From the NCBI GenBank assembly GCA_030324005.1, contig JARDVH010000157.1, positions 22,595,527-22,659,526 on the forward strand: a DNA stretch of 64,000 nt, given 5' to 3'. Position numbers and translations under genes: made by a program. This document shows, piece after piece, positions 25,501 to 35,175 of the stretch. Every line of letters starts with the position of its first letter. Position 1 is the first letter of the stretch. This stretch comes from Negaprion brevirostris. Lineage: Eukaryota. Below the pieces are notes generated by a model, which saw only the letters and a program-made list of their open reading frames with translations, was not told where the DNA came from and made no database searches.

Positions 25501-26073
25501 CTGGTCGTGAGTATTAAAAACAGGGAAAGTCTCCAATTCAGCCCTCCGTGGAGTTGGTGGCTGATCTCAACTGTAATTATTTGATTTGATTTATCACTGT
25601 CACATGTACAGTGAAAATTATTGTTTCCTGTGCTCTATACAAAACAAAACATACCACTCATAGAGTACGTAGGGTGCAGAATGTAGTATTATGGTCATAG
25701 ATATGGTGTAGAGAAAGAATGTGGCACTTTATTTAGCTTTAAATGCTACCAACCCCCACCCAGCACAACTGACTGGGTTTGAGCTGAGAAATAGTTGGCC
25801 TGGTTCCTGATTGTTCTTCAATGTTTCCAGCTGTAAAGGTGCATTTGTATGGCCATCAGATGAAGTTTAGACTTGATATGCTGCTTGCTTTTATCCTCAA
25901 TGTTTCTGCGTTCTGACTTGTGCTGACCTTTTCAGGTGGATCTGCCTCGGAAAGCACTTCAGGATCCCTCCATTCTGAAGAAATGTGATGATGCAGTTCT
26001 GCTTATTCGGACCGCGTGGCAGCGAAGCGATAGTTTATCCCGAGGACGTGCCGAGCGTGATCCATGGTGTTGA
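4534..26073 (+). CDS. PLEKHM2: PLEKHM2 (SKIP, SifA and kinesin-interacting protein), 5'-partial spliced CDS, 14 exons in window: 4534-4593, 7241-7475, 8427-9278, 12554-12623, 14323-14413, 15579-15643, 16469-16557, 17454-17586, 18907-19097, 20330-20395, 21916-22075, 23670-23849, 25225-25335, 25936-26073
   Basis: Hand-spliced exons all have AG/GT ends and compatible phases. The translation ([115 protein letters not shown]) matches recalled human PLEKHM2 through to the RDPWC C-terminus. RUN-domain exons were not found in the window. Confidence 0.96.
5166..5419 (-). mobile_element. HE1-like V-SINE, CR1-type tail, 5'-truncated
   Basis: ctgtgggaggaaaccaga..cctggagg V-domain (reverse complement) and aatcctacagtgcagaagga tail. 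Confidence 0.8.
7241..7475 (+). CDS. PLEKHM2: PLEKHM2 exon ([14 protein letters not shown]...STELEVIR)
   Basis: tttcctatag| acceptor; ATTAG|gtcagc donor; 235 nt, phase 1 to 2; within ORF 7222-7500. Confidence 0.93.
7620..7835 (+). mobile_element. Deu-domain SINE (SacSINE1/AmnSINE1-like) 3' part
   Basis: ggtgtccttgctaatatttacctcccaaccaacacc...cagtgactatacttcaaaaagtacttaatt...gctttgggatgctctgagg resembles the recalled Deu domain and tail. Confidence 0.7.
8427..9278 (+). CDS. PLEKHM2: PLEKHM2 large central exon, 852 nt ([17 protein letters not shown]...[12 protein letters not shown])
   Basis: ccacag| acceptor; TTCAG|gtaaag donor; contains [24 protein letters not shown] and [11 protein letters not shown] conserved blocks. 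Confidence 0.95.
10330..10965 (+). mobile_element. Degraded CR1 LINE pieces
   Basis: Remnants such as aataaccagaggacacaatctcaaagtgatgggcaaaa...atgaggaaatatttttt (TRGHNLKV...RKYFF). Confidence 0.55.
10968..11220 (-). mobile_element. Rex1/Babar LINE 3' end
   Basis: Same family as 62851-63310 (gcagcagggaagaagctgttcttgagt; ttgatttg..ttatt tail). Confidence 0.75.
11570..11784 (+). mobile_element. Rex1/Babar LINE 3' end
   Basis: actcaagaacaacttcttccctgctgccatcagattcttgaatgg encodes [14 protein letters not shown]. Confidence 0.75.
11786..12045 (+). mobile_element. HE1-like V-SINE, tail type B
   Basis: tRNA-like head ggcacggtggttagcactgctgcttcacaacgccagggac, V domain, tail cacagtaacttcattgc..taatgtaagcctacttgt..aataaa. 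Confidence 0.85.
12554..12623 (+). CDS. PLEKHM2: PLEKHM2 exon ([23 protein letters not shown])
   Basis: cccctcag| acceptor; AAG|gtaagg donor; 70 nt. Confidence 0.95.
13381..14170 (+). mobile_element. HE1-like V-SINE (tail B) split by a nested CR1 insertion
   Basis: Head and first half of V domain at 13381-13514; remainder resumes at 13998-14170. Confidence 0.85.
13515..13997 (-). mobile_element. CR1 LINE 3' fragment nested inside the SINE
   Basis: Minus [62 protein letters not shown]. Confidence 0.9.
14323..14413 (+). CDS. PLEKHM2: PLEKHM2 exon ([30 protein letters not shown])
   Basis: cttcctag| acceptor; AAAG|gtaacc donor; 91 nt. Confidence 0.95.
14635..14739. mobile_element. Short MITE with imperfect terminal inverted repeats
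   Basis: ctggaattttaccacct ... agatggtgaaattccag. Confidence 0.55.
14843..15160 (-). mobile_element. HE1-like V-SINE, full length, CR1-type tail A
   Basis: Reverse complement of head, V domain and ggccatgctaaattgcccttagtgttagggggattagc...gggattctat tail. Confidence 0.88.
15579..15643 (+). CDS. PLEKHM2: PLEKHM2 exon ([22 protein letters not shown])
   Basis: gtacag| acceptor; TCG|gtgagt donor; 65 nt. Confidence 0.94.
15805..15840 (+). repeat. Perfect 18-bp tandem duplication
   Basis: tcgtgctgggtgctcgag x2. Confidence 0.9.
16469..16557 (+). CDS. PLEKHM2: PLEKHM2 exon with internal 40-N gap (VG[gap][14 protein letters not shown])
   Basis: taaag| acceptor; GA|gtaagt donor; 89 nt including the gap keeps frame and equals the length expected from the recalled human exon. 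Confidence 0.9.
17454..17586 (+). CDS. PLEKHM2: PLEKHM2 exon ([44 protein letters not shown])
   Basis: tttag| acceptor; GAG|gtaatg donor; 133 nt. Confidence 0.95.
17690..18445 (+). mobile_element. Non-LTR retrotransposon (CR1/L2-group) 3' fragment, degraded RT C-terminus
   Basis: Translates to [64 protein letters not shown]; related pieces at 3420-3545 (-), 43690-43800, 48020-48110 and 48860-49200 (-). Confidence 0.8.
18907..19097 (+). CDS. PLEKHM2: PLEKHM2 exon, start of PH domain ([17 protein letters not shown]...[17 protein letters not shown]...YVVL)
   Basis: ttacag| acceptor; CTCAG|gtgagg donor; 191 nt. Confidence 0.95.
19700..20240 (+). mobile_element. Degraded CR1 3' end with a Penelope-like piece at about 19950-20005
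   Basis: aaggagatggatgtgttgaaggtaatccagcaaagattc..., gagatgagaaatgcctttatacagaggg and CR1 tail. Confidence 0.7.
20330..20395 (+). CDS. PLEKHM2: PLEKHM2 exon, PH domain ([21 protein letters not shown])
   Basis: cctgcag| acceptor; GC|gtaagt donor; 66 nt. Confidence 0.94.
21916..22075 (+). CDS. PLEKHM2: PLEKHM2 exon, PH domain ([23 protein letters not shown]...[12 protein letters not shown])
   Basis: ttgtag| acceptor; GGG|gtgagt donor; 160 nt. Confidence 0.95.
22199..22482 (-). mobile_element. HE1-like V-SINE, tail B
   Basis: Reverse complement of full head, V domain and B tail. Confidence 0.85.
22680..22830 (-). mobile_element. Ancient tRNA-SINE resembling AmnSINE2 (related copies about 12695-12870, 25535-25900 and 29600-29760)
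   Basis: Reverse complement gagttagttgatctctg...ctcctgatcagtatccagtga...gtgtgtacattgggcaaggacaggattaggg resembles the AmnSINE2 consensus as recalled; highly diverged. Confidence 0.4.
23071..23200. mobile_element. Short MITE with imperfect terminal inverted repeats
   Basis: gggagcgggtttttcc ... ggaaaaccccctccc. Confidence 0.55.
23670..23849 (+). CDS. PLEKHM2: PLEKHM2 exon ([20 protein letters not shown]...SREYCLM)
   Basis: tgtcag| acceptor; ATG|gtgagt donor; 180 nt. Confidence 0.95.
25225..25335 (+). CDS. PLEKHM2: PLEKHM2 exon ([37 protein letters not shown])
   Basis: ttctag| acceptor; CAG|gtgagc donor; 111 nt. Confidence 0.94.
25580..25718 (-). mobile_element. Rex1/Babar LINE extreme 3' tail
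   Basis: tttgatttgatttatcactgtcacatgtacagtgaaaa...ggtgtagagaaaga. Confidence 0.7.
25936..26073 (+). CDS. PLEKHM2: PLEKHM2 last coding exon ([10 protein letters not shown]...[19 protein letters not shown])
   Basis: tttcag| acceptor; TGA at 26071-26073. Confidence 0.95.
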   Translation: MDLPRKALQDPSILKKCDDAVLLIRTAWQRSDSLSRGRAERDPWC

Positions 26074-29040
26074 ATGCCTTGGAACCCTGGTGCGAAAATA
26101 CTACAGGCATCTCTCGCTCACTTCTAAGATTCCCGATGTGCATTCGGTCAGATACAACAATGATACTGGAGATATGGAGAGGAATGCAGGAGACGTGAAG
26201 AAAATGGTACCAATTCAAACATGCAAACCCACAAGTCTTTGGAAATGCCTCAACAATGTCAGTTCTGGAAGTGGTGGAGAAGAGAGAAACAGAAGAGATC
26301 TTGAATGAAAAACTGTAGCAAATGTGCTTCCACACTTCAGACTGTGTAACACCTTCATTCTCAACGAATCTGTCTGGCTTCCCTAAGAAGTATTCAGTGA
26401 CTATCCCATCTCTGAAAGCTTGTGGTCTAACTGCATGAGTCTCCTGCAATGAGTTTTTATAAAGAGCCTATTGGACAAAATTAATTACCTTCTTGAGTAA
26501 GGCACACTTACTACAAGGGAGCGTGAGAAACACTTCTGTCCGATTCACTGCCTTTAGTTGCTGGATGAGCCACCCTGTGCTTCTAATATGGAGCAAAGTG
26601 ACTTTTTCAACGTCATCACATCCTGGCCTCTGAACAGCTGCCTTGAGCTTCCATTGTCACATCTGCATCTGAACGAGTTGGGGATTTTTTTCCTTAACAT
26701 CCTTGTGGTCCTGATGTCAGTGACTAAAAAGAATGGGTCTCATCAATTGATAAAGGCCATCTGCATCAGGCCTTTCCGGAACTTTCGGAAGTCATTTTTA
26801 TAGACCGAATGCTTTTAATAATAGTTATACTATTTAGATCTGACTGCACACCAGTCACTTTTCAATGGCACCCCTTAATGTTAAATCTGTAAATAAGTTT
26901 GGATGAAGTGCTCCCTGAGGTTAGTGTCTATAACAGCTCAGATTATGTTCTCCTTGCTAGTAAATGGCGAACCTTGCACAAGGTAGTTTTCATGTTAATG
27001 GGAATTCCAGTCCTGCCTAGATCTGATGGGGGGGTGGGAAACAAAAAACCACTGCATCTCTCCTTTAACTCTAAGCTGTAATTGATGCTGTTTAAATGAA
27101 AGTCTACCCCAGTAATCTGAAGAGTTGTATATAAGAAATGTCGGGAAGGAAAGGATTGTTGACCCCGACTCAAAAGTAGATGCTGCTGTTTGTTGGTCCT
27201 CTCATAAATGCCAAGTTTTCTCCAGCAAGCTCTTGAATATTTTCCTAAACAGTTCAGTAAGCTGAAGTGGCAGCTTCTAATCTGGAAGCAATTCCATTGC
27301 TGAGATTCTAGTATTGTAATAGTGTGTAAATGACAACAACGTGCAATACCATTTACAAGAACTCCTTGCAGGACAGTAATCTTCACAGCAGCATGTCTGG
27401 AGGCCTCATAGGCAAAGGCACCAGCTGCTGTGCCATGAACCCACATGGGCCAAAAGACCCAGGCCTGTTCTGACCTAGCAAATTTGTTCTGTTATCGATG
27501 TAGTATAACCATGTAAAGCTTTCATTCTTTTGCATATTCATAGCACTAGGTGCTATGAATACATTCGTACACAATATCTCAATGTTACATTAGCTTTTTG
27601 TAGTCTACCTCTGTTTGTCAGCTTCTGTGAATGGAGCAGTCACTGTGGGCGCTGTCTTCATTTTCCCTCTTGCAATTCGCAGTTCCTGAATTCTGGAGAA
27701 ATATGGTGATGTTCTGTCTGTCAGGGAAGTTTGCGGTTTGGACAATTAATAGTTTTGCAGTGTAATAGAAAGTCATCTCCTTCTGTTAGCTTGCTAATCA
27801 TGCACAGTCTTCTGCCTGAGTTGTATACCTGCTCTGTAATTCAGGATTATGTTTCACTCCCCGCTGGTGACAGAAGTTGACCAAGCTTAAACTCATAAAA
27901 TGGATCACTCATGGAGCCAGCATCTTTCATGGTCTTTATCACAGCAATAATCATTGCTGTGTATCCCAGCAAGGTTCATGTTCTCAGACTTTGTATCTTC
28001 ATATAAGCAGCTTCAGGATAGAAAGGTGGGGAGTAAACTAGTTAAAGTCATTAATTCCTCTAACTAAACTCTATCTCACCTTCTCCTTCCCTCCATGTTT
28101 AAAGAAAGCATTAGTGGCAACCCTTCTGAAGATAATCGAGAAATAGTTAATTCTTATAATCATTTTTGTAGAACTGTTCCAACTTGATTAGTGTATTGAA
28201 AGGTCACCTGATTAAATTCTGATTAGCCAAGATCAAATTGCAGAACCTGTAATCCCGTTGATTTCTGTATGTTAATGGGCAGAAAGAGTTGGATTCAGTT
28301 ATGGGAGAGTGAGATAAGGGAGCAAGATGCAAAAAGAACATTTATAACAGCAAAAATCCTAAGCGGTGCATAGTGCTAGGTTTTATATATACATATATAA
28401 TCAGTTATTTAAAATACAAGCATTTCAATCAATATGCATGAACATATGGAATGGTTGTTAGAGGAGAATGTTCCGGATTGTGTGATGGAGAGTCTTTTCT
28501 AGGTGGACAAGTAGGTTAGGTTGACCTTCCTCGATACCCATTTGTTTATGGGTGAAGCCTTTTAATTCATCACCTTCATTTATTTGGCTGCTGGTACTTC
28601 ACCCCAGCCTTGTGTTAGCTCAGAGCACTTTCTCAAGGCTCTCCCCAGATCTGGAACGGCAGAATGTAAATTTGTACTGCTGTAAGTTTCACAGCACAAA
28701 CTACATCAGCAATCTTAACACTTTACTGATGTGCTGCTGCAAATTGGGGTGAACTGGATTTGTCGATGGTCAAAGGAAACAGTTGATGGTACATGAGGAA
28801 CAAAGCTGTCCCCTATCTGGACAGGCTGTTGAACTGTGGAGTGTACTCTTACCTTTTGATGCTATGTTTCCATTTATAATAGCCAAATAGTATCGTACAG
28901 TTACAGCAAATGAGTGAGAAGAGCAACAGACCTAATGCATCTGAGTAGTAAAAGCATTAGGACTTTGATAATTGTTCTGCAAAGGAACTGAGTTAACGTT
29001 GGACTGTCAGTTTCCAGAAGACTACGGGTGCAGAAATATT

Positions 29041-29125
29041 GCAACAAAAACAGAAAATGCTGGAAAATGACAGACCTGCTGAGATTTTCCAGCATTTTCT
29101 TTTATTGTTTTGGATTCCAGCACTT
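29041..29125. mobile_element. Penelope-like terminal-repeat fragment in inverted (hairpin) arrangement
   Basis: agaaaatgctggaaaat ... attttccagcattttct perfect inverted pair. Confidence 0.65.
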
Positions 29126-29850
29126 CTTTTACAGAAGTATTGCAACATTCCTGTGAGTGCCTGATCTGGGTAGTAAATGTGTGCTTCACTTAGGCAGTTT
29201 AATGTGTTGCCCTGTTTTACAAAGCCCTGGATGGCGCCATCACTTTGTAAAACCCTAATGTTAGTCTGCAGCTGTACATGCTACATCTGACACCGGCAGC
29301 AACAATAATCTCTCTGAAGCTGCATTTCACAAACAAATGGGAATTTCAATACTTTCAGTTCATTTTGTACTTATCAAAATGAAGGGCATTGGTGCTTTTT
29401 TTTTTGTGAATGGGATTCTGATACAGAATTTGTGATCATTTTAGCAAACTCTAACTTCCTAATGTTTTTGGGTTTTCTTATAACAAGACTCCCTCCGGGG
29501 TATCTGTGCAGGGATTTGTTTTTAAATTTTTGATTTTTCTTCTGGCAATGGGATATTGTTCAGAGGTGAATGCCAGACTTCACCTATCTGTGACTTTCAG
29601 ATGGGAAGGATCCCAGATTCAATCCCTGGCTCAGATGGTTGATGTCTGGGATAGCAGTAGGGCTGCTAGAGTTTGCTTCAGTGTCATTAGAATTAGAGGG
29701 TAAATCCACTGAAGTCTAAGCACCTGCCTAGCATAGGAAAATAACGTGTGCGGATCTTAGAGAATCTGGCTTGGCTATAATCCAGTAATGATCACTGTCT
29801 TGTCTGCCAGCGGTAAGCAGTGCACTGATGTAATTGGACCAGAAACGGGT

Positions 29851-30078
29851 AGTCTGTGCAGAGCTTGCAAGTTCTCCCCGTAACTGCGTGGGTTTCCTCC
29901 AGGTGCTCCGGTTTCCTCCCACAGTCCAAAAGACGTGCTGGTTAGATGCGTTGGCCGTGCTAAATTCTCCCTCGGTGTACCCAAACAGGTGCTGGAATGT
30001 GGCGACTAAGGGAATTTCACAGTAACTTCTTTGCAGTATAAATGTAAGCCTACTAGTGACACTAATAAATAAACTCTT
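29851..30078 (+). mobile_element. HE1-like V-SINE, tail B, headless; in putative PLEKHM2 3' UTR
   Basis: V domain gggtttcctccaggtgctccggtttcctcccacagtcc plus B tail. Confidence 0.82.
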
Positions 30079-30254
30079 AACATTGCCCATAGAATCAGAA
30101 TCAGTAACTGATCAATGCTGGCCCTCAGAACTGTGCCTAGCAACACATTATGTTGGCCCTCGGGGAACTATACCCAACACTAAGTCAATGTAGCATCATG
30201 ACACTGTACCCAGTGGACCGCACGCCGGCTTCCTTTGGAAATGTGCAATAGCCT

Positions 30255-30660
30255 TCAATAAGCTTGATTCCAGTGGTAGCATTCTAACTCAAGTTAGCTT
30301 GTGAGTTCAAGCCTTATCCCAGAACCTGAGAGAAGAACCTTCCTCTGATGTGGCACTCAGTACAGGGGGTTACTGCATTTACAGTCTTTCAGGTGAGATG
30401 TTGAATCACCACTGCATATCCCTGATTTTTTTTAAAGGAAAACAGTTTTTTTTTAATGAGCAATGCTTGTTGTTAAACACTATATCAAGACCAATTTAGC
30501 TAGTGATGTATTCTGTTGCTGTTTGTGTGAGCTTGCTATGCGCACATTGGCTGCTGTTTTTGCCTACATAACAGCAGTGACTATACTTCAAAAAGTTCTT
30601 CATTGGCCATGAAGCACTTAAGGACATCCTAAATTTAAAGACATACATACAAGAACTTCC
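30255..30660 (+). mobile_element. Deu-domain SINE (SacSINE1-like), in putative 3' UTR
   Basis: gtgagttcaagcc B box; tttcaggtgagatgttgaa; gctgtttgtgtgagcttgctatgcgcacattggctgc; cagtgactatacttcaaaaag. Confidence 0.7.
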
Positions 30661-32941
30661 CTCCTTTCATAGGAAGGTGAAAGATTATAAGATATAAATG
30701 GAAGGGAGAAAGGTTATAATGTGAAGATTCCTAAATAAGAAACACTAATACCCTATTATACTCATTATTCATATATTGGACCTCATAATAAAAGTCTACA
30801 ATTTTAGTTTTTAAAAGGGATTTCAGATCATGGGTTCATCAGACCTGGGGCCGGTTTGCAATCCCACAGAACTGAAGTGTGGTTAGGATGTTGGCGAGGA
30901 AGGTTGAGAGTGTGACAGGGTGGAGACAGTCTCCAGGAGGTTGGGACTGGGTCAGATGGGTATGAAGGGTATAGTTTGTCATCTGTCCATGTATAACCAA
31001 CCGCCACCCATGCAATTACAGTGTTTGAGTTTGTAGTGTATTTTGTTTGACAAGACTCCTCATCTTCAAAGAAATACGTGTACTACAGGGTGGCCGAGTC
31101 CTTGCCTTGAAGCAAGGACTCGGTGGGGTGTCCGTTGTAACGTTGGTTATAATTTACAGTGTGTATATGAAGGATATTTTGTCCTTACTCATTTGTTACT
31201 GAACGCACTCATTGAGTGAAATGTGCAATGCAATTATCTCCTGATCTTTTTAATGAGATTCTAATTTTATTTACATCATAGAATTTATTGTAACTACGGT
31301 CTGGAGGACAAAGATTAACTGATGCTAGAGATAGAAAATGCTACAGTATATATTGAATTAGTGTGGATTAAGTTCTGTTAAGCAAGGTGAATTATCAGTG
31401 CGTTAGAGTGAGGTTTTCATAAAAGTGTGTGAAAATGGTTGGCTAGTAATTTTAAAATATTTCCAAGTTCTTTGTAAACAAAAAGACCGGTTGTTTTCCT
31501 GTTGTAGGATGTGATGTTGTCATATTCAACCATTTCTAGTTGTGATCACATTGTGTAATGAATTCCTGTGATCCATTAGCAGGATAATTGTTGTTCTTGG
31601 TAATCCTAACTCTGCAGTAAGATCCGTGGCTAATTGCTCGGTGTGAGGATCTTTTATTCTCTGCCTTGGATCAGGAGGGGCTGTTTACAGTCTTGCAGAG
31701 TTGGATCCAGACCGGCCTCGTACTTCTGTGGGAAAATATTTTGCCCATAATAGCCCATTATCCAATTGTTGTGTGGCTTGATGTGCTGAAGTTAAAACCT
31801 GTACACCACCTGGTAATACACGTGTGCAATCTTAAAAAGAAAGATGTATTGCAAAACATTCAAGTGACTGCTACATAATCTGGTTACAGCAAAAAAAAAG
31901 TTACATTATAGAAAAGTTACTCATTGTATTTAATCAAAAACAACTATAAATCTGCCTTGGATCCAATCTCTTATCTACACTTGTACTTTTAATTTAAATC
32001 ACTTCTAAATACCAAATGCTCCTAGATTGGCTGCATCTTTCAATATTGAGATCCTTACTAGTTTAGCTTGTAAAGAGTTGTAACTATGAATTGCCCCTAA
32101 GTTTGAGCCCTCAATCTCAGTGTGATTAGAAATGTCATGTAGTTCTAGAGTGAAAATGTTGCTCCAGTGCAGCAGCCAGACAGGGAAAGGCAGAGAAAGA
32201 TTGATTTAAAGTTGTGGTCAAGACTAATCCTTTTTTTTCTCTCCAACTTTTTAGTTTTAAAAGCCCCTAAGGACCAATCAAACATCTTAAATTTCATTAT
32301 TATTATAAATTTAAAAAACACACGTTCCTTCACCATAACTCAGTTGCCCTGGTCATGATAAATTAGTTTCAATTTCACTGAGAAAACATTAGCTGAATCT
32401 AACTGACTGGTGCAGGTAGATGCATGAAAATTGGTTCTGCCCCAACACACACAATTGAACAAAATCTATGTGTATTTTACCTCTGGGTGTAAAGTGTTGT
32501 CTCCAGCACTGGTCAAATAAAACTCACTTGGCTCAATCTTCCTGCTGCCAATCTGCAGATGTTTACACCTTTTCACAGTAACTTCATTGCAGTGTTAATG
32601 TAAGCCTACTTGTGACACTAATAAATAAGTTCCTGGTCCTTACTATATTACTCAATGATAAAACAGAAATGGACTGGAAGAGACTGATGCTGATCATTTA
32701 TTATATCACTAATATTGAATGTTACAACTTTCCATTCTTATTTGAGGCATTTATAATACGACAAGTCTTTAAGGAGACACTTCACTACTTGTACAATGTA
32801 CTCTAACCTAATGGTGTGTATATTAATGTTGCAGCCTTTAGAAATCCCAGTACTAATGATGCTTATCGATGCATGTTTTGTGTTTATACAGTGTAAATGC
32901 AGTGGTTATTGTATATAATTTGTTGTAAATAGAATGGAATT

Positions 32942-32947
32942 AATAAA
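32942..32947 (+). terminator. Candidate PLEKHM2 polyadenylation signal (AATAAA)
   Basis: AATAAA preceded by several TGTA motifs in AT-rich sequence and followed by T-rich sequence; last non-repeat AATAAA before the SINE-packed intergenic block. Confidence 0.55.
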
Positions 32948-33026
32948 GGTATTGGTCTCCTTTTCCTTGGCTATATCGTCAAAAGTATTTTAATTGCTCT
33001 CTTTTTGTAAAAAGGCTAACTATTTT

Positions 33027-33138
33027 GGGCAGCACAGTGATTAGCACTACTGCTTCACATCCGGGTTCAATTCCTGGCCTGGATCACTGTCTGCATGGAG
33101 TTTGCACATTCTCCCTGTGTCTGCATGGGTTTCCTCCA
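33027..33138 (+). mobile_element. HE1-like V-SINE, truncated by gap
   Basis: Head gggcagcacagtgattagcactactgcttcac..gggttcaattcc, then V domain up to the N run. Confidence 0.75.
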
Positions 33139-33571
33139 NNNNNNNNNNNNNNNNNNNNNNNNNNNNNNNNNNNNNNNNNNNNNNNNNNNNNNNNNNNNNN
33201 NNNNNNNNNNNNNNNNNNNNNNNNNNNNNNNNNNNNNNATCAGTTTGGGGTTGGGTAGGGGTGGATGCGGGGTCACAAACACACCAGTGAGTCTGGCCTC
33301 AGAGCATTGGCACACCATTTCTCAATGGTGCCCCCATCTCACAGTGCACCCCCTCCCTCACCCCAGCATTCTCTTTTGTTTTCGGGGATTAAGCTGCTCC
33401 ATTGAAATCAGGTCAACGGGAATCAGCAAGGAAAATCTCCATTCATCGGAATCAAACCCCACACAAAATCATGGAATATTCCCCAGCCCCCTTGCCTTCC
33501 AACTCGATGAACACTTGAGCACCTTCACTGATGGAGAAGCTCAAACACCTCCAAAGATGTGTAGGTTAGGG

Positions 33572-33930
33572 GGAAGGCGATGGTTTAGTGGGATTATCGC
33601 TAGACTATTAATCCGGAAATTGAGCGAATGGTCTGGGGACCCAGGTTCGAATCCCGCCACGGCAGATGGTGGGGAATTAGAATTCAATAAAAAATATCTG
33701 GAATTAAGAATCTATTGATGACCGTGAAACCAATGTTGTAAAAAACCCATCTGGTTCACTAATGTCTGTTAGGGAAGGAAATCTGCCGTCCTTACCCGGT
33801 CTGACCTATGTGTTAGTCCAGGGCCATAGCAATGTGGGTGACTCCCAACTAATCTCAGGCAACTAGGGATGGGCAATGAATGCTGACCCAGCCAGTGACG
33901 CCAATGTCCCACTAAAGAATTTTAAAAAAA
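33572..33930 (+). mobile_element. tRNA-derived SINE, second family (A box ggtttagtgg, B box ggttcgaatccc), LINE-matched tail
   Basis: Related copies at 42080-42432 (-) and 52050-52295 (-); tail shared with LINE at 17690-18445. Confidence 0.8.
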
Positions 33931-34130
33931 GGAGGGTAAATACATGGGGTCGCTGGGTAGAGCTGGATGAAAGTCGGTGTAGACTCAAGGGGCTGAATGG
34001 CCTCTTCTCCAGTGTTAGGATTCTATATACTATACTAAGATTATCTGCAATCTCAAACTAATCCGTAAACCTCACCACCATGAGAAACTCACCCCAATCA
34101 GTGACCTGTTTTTGAAGGGTGGTTATGGAG

Positions 34131-34400
34131 GGAGGCACAGTGGTTAGTCTCACAGCGGCCGGGAGCCGGGTTCAATTCCCGGCTCGGGTCACTGCCTGTG
34201 GGGAGCCTGCACATTCTCCCCATATCTGCGTGGATTTCCTCCCACAGTCTGAAAGAGGTGCTGGTTAGGGTGCATTGGCCATACTAAATTATCCCTCAGT
34301 GTACCTGAACAGGTGCTGGACTGTGGCGACTAGAGGAATTTCACAGTAACTTCATTGCAGTGTTAATGTAAGCCTTACTTGTGACTAATAAATATTTTTA
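34131..34400 (+). mobile_element. HE1-like V-SINE, tail B
   Basis: B box ccgggttcaattcccgg, V domain, B tail. Confidence 0.83.
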
Positions 34401-34882
34401 AAAAGACCTTATTTCCATGCATTAGACATGGTGTACCAACAAATCAAATCTTTGGGAATATTCTGGGCACCTTTCCAAAACCAGAGTTAGGCTACATATG
34501 GTCTAGGCACATAGCTTTTGTTACAGAATATCACTCCACACCAACCACATGTCCCAGCTATGATATCTATATTCACTCTTGGGACTATGAACTGCTGCCC
34601 ATGCCCATCCCCAATCTTTGGTATTTTCAAAGACTCCACAACTTCAATGTGCTATGTCTGAAACTGGATGGTCCAGTGGGTTAGAAGTTACTAATGGGCT
34701 TTGGATGTGGATGTGCAACCTTGAGAAGATGGGGTGAGTTTAAGGAATCCTGTAACAGTATAAAGACTGAAAATTCACAGGAATAATACCAGAAAGAACA
34801 TTTGAAAATATGGGGCATGATTTTCAAGGATCTGTTTGAAAATTTGTATGTGAAGGATAGTAATGAAGAAGTGAATAGGGAA

Positions 34883-35172
34883 GGCACATGGTGGTTGCCA
34901 CTACTGCCTCAGCACCAGCGACCTGGGTTCGATTCCCAGCTTGGGTCACTGTCTGTGTGGAGTTTTGCATCCTCTCCTCATCTCTTTGTGGGTTTCTTCC
35001 AGGTGATCAGGTTTCCTCCCACACTCAGTGTGCTGGTTAGGTGCATTGGCCATGCTAAATTCTCCCTCTGTACCCGAACAGGTGCCAGGGTGTAGTGACG
35101 AGGGGATTTTCTTCATTGCAGTAACTTCATTGCAAAGTTAATGTAAGCCTATTTGTGAACACAAACTTTAAA
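34883..35172 (+). mobile_element. HE1-like V-SINE, tail B
   Basis: B box gggttcgattccc, V domain, B tail. Confidence 0.83.
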
Positions 35173-35175
35173 TAG

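Noticed and set aside
25985-26449. 107-aa and 148-aa ORFs overlapping the PLEKHM2 stop and 3' UTR (also 26943-27446)
   Set aside because: Alternative or antisense frames with no homology; consistent with chance ORFs in UTR sequence.
33572-33665. tRNA-like sequences with A and B boxes (here and in all SINE heads)
   Set aside because: They continue into SINE bodies and lack a proper cloverleaf; not tRNA genes.
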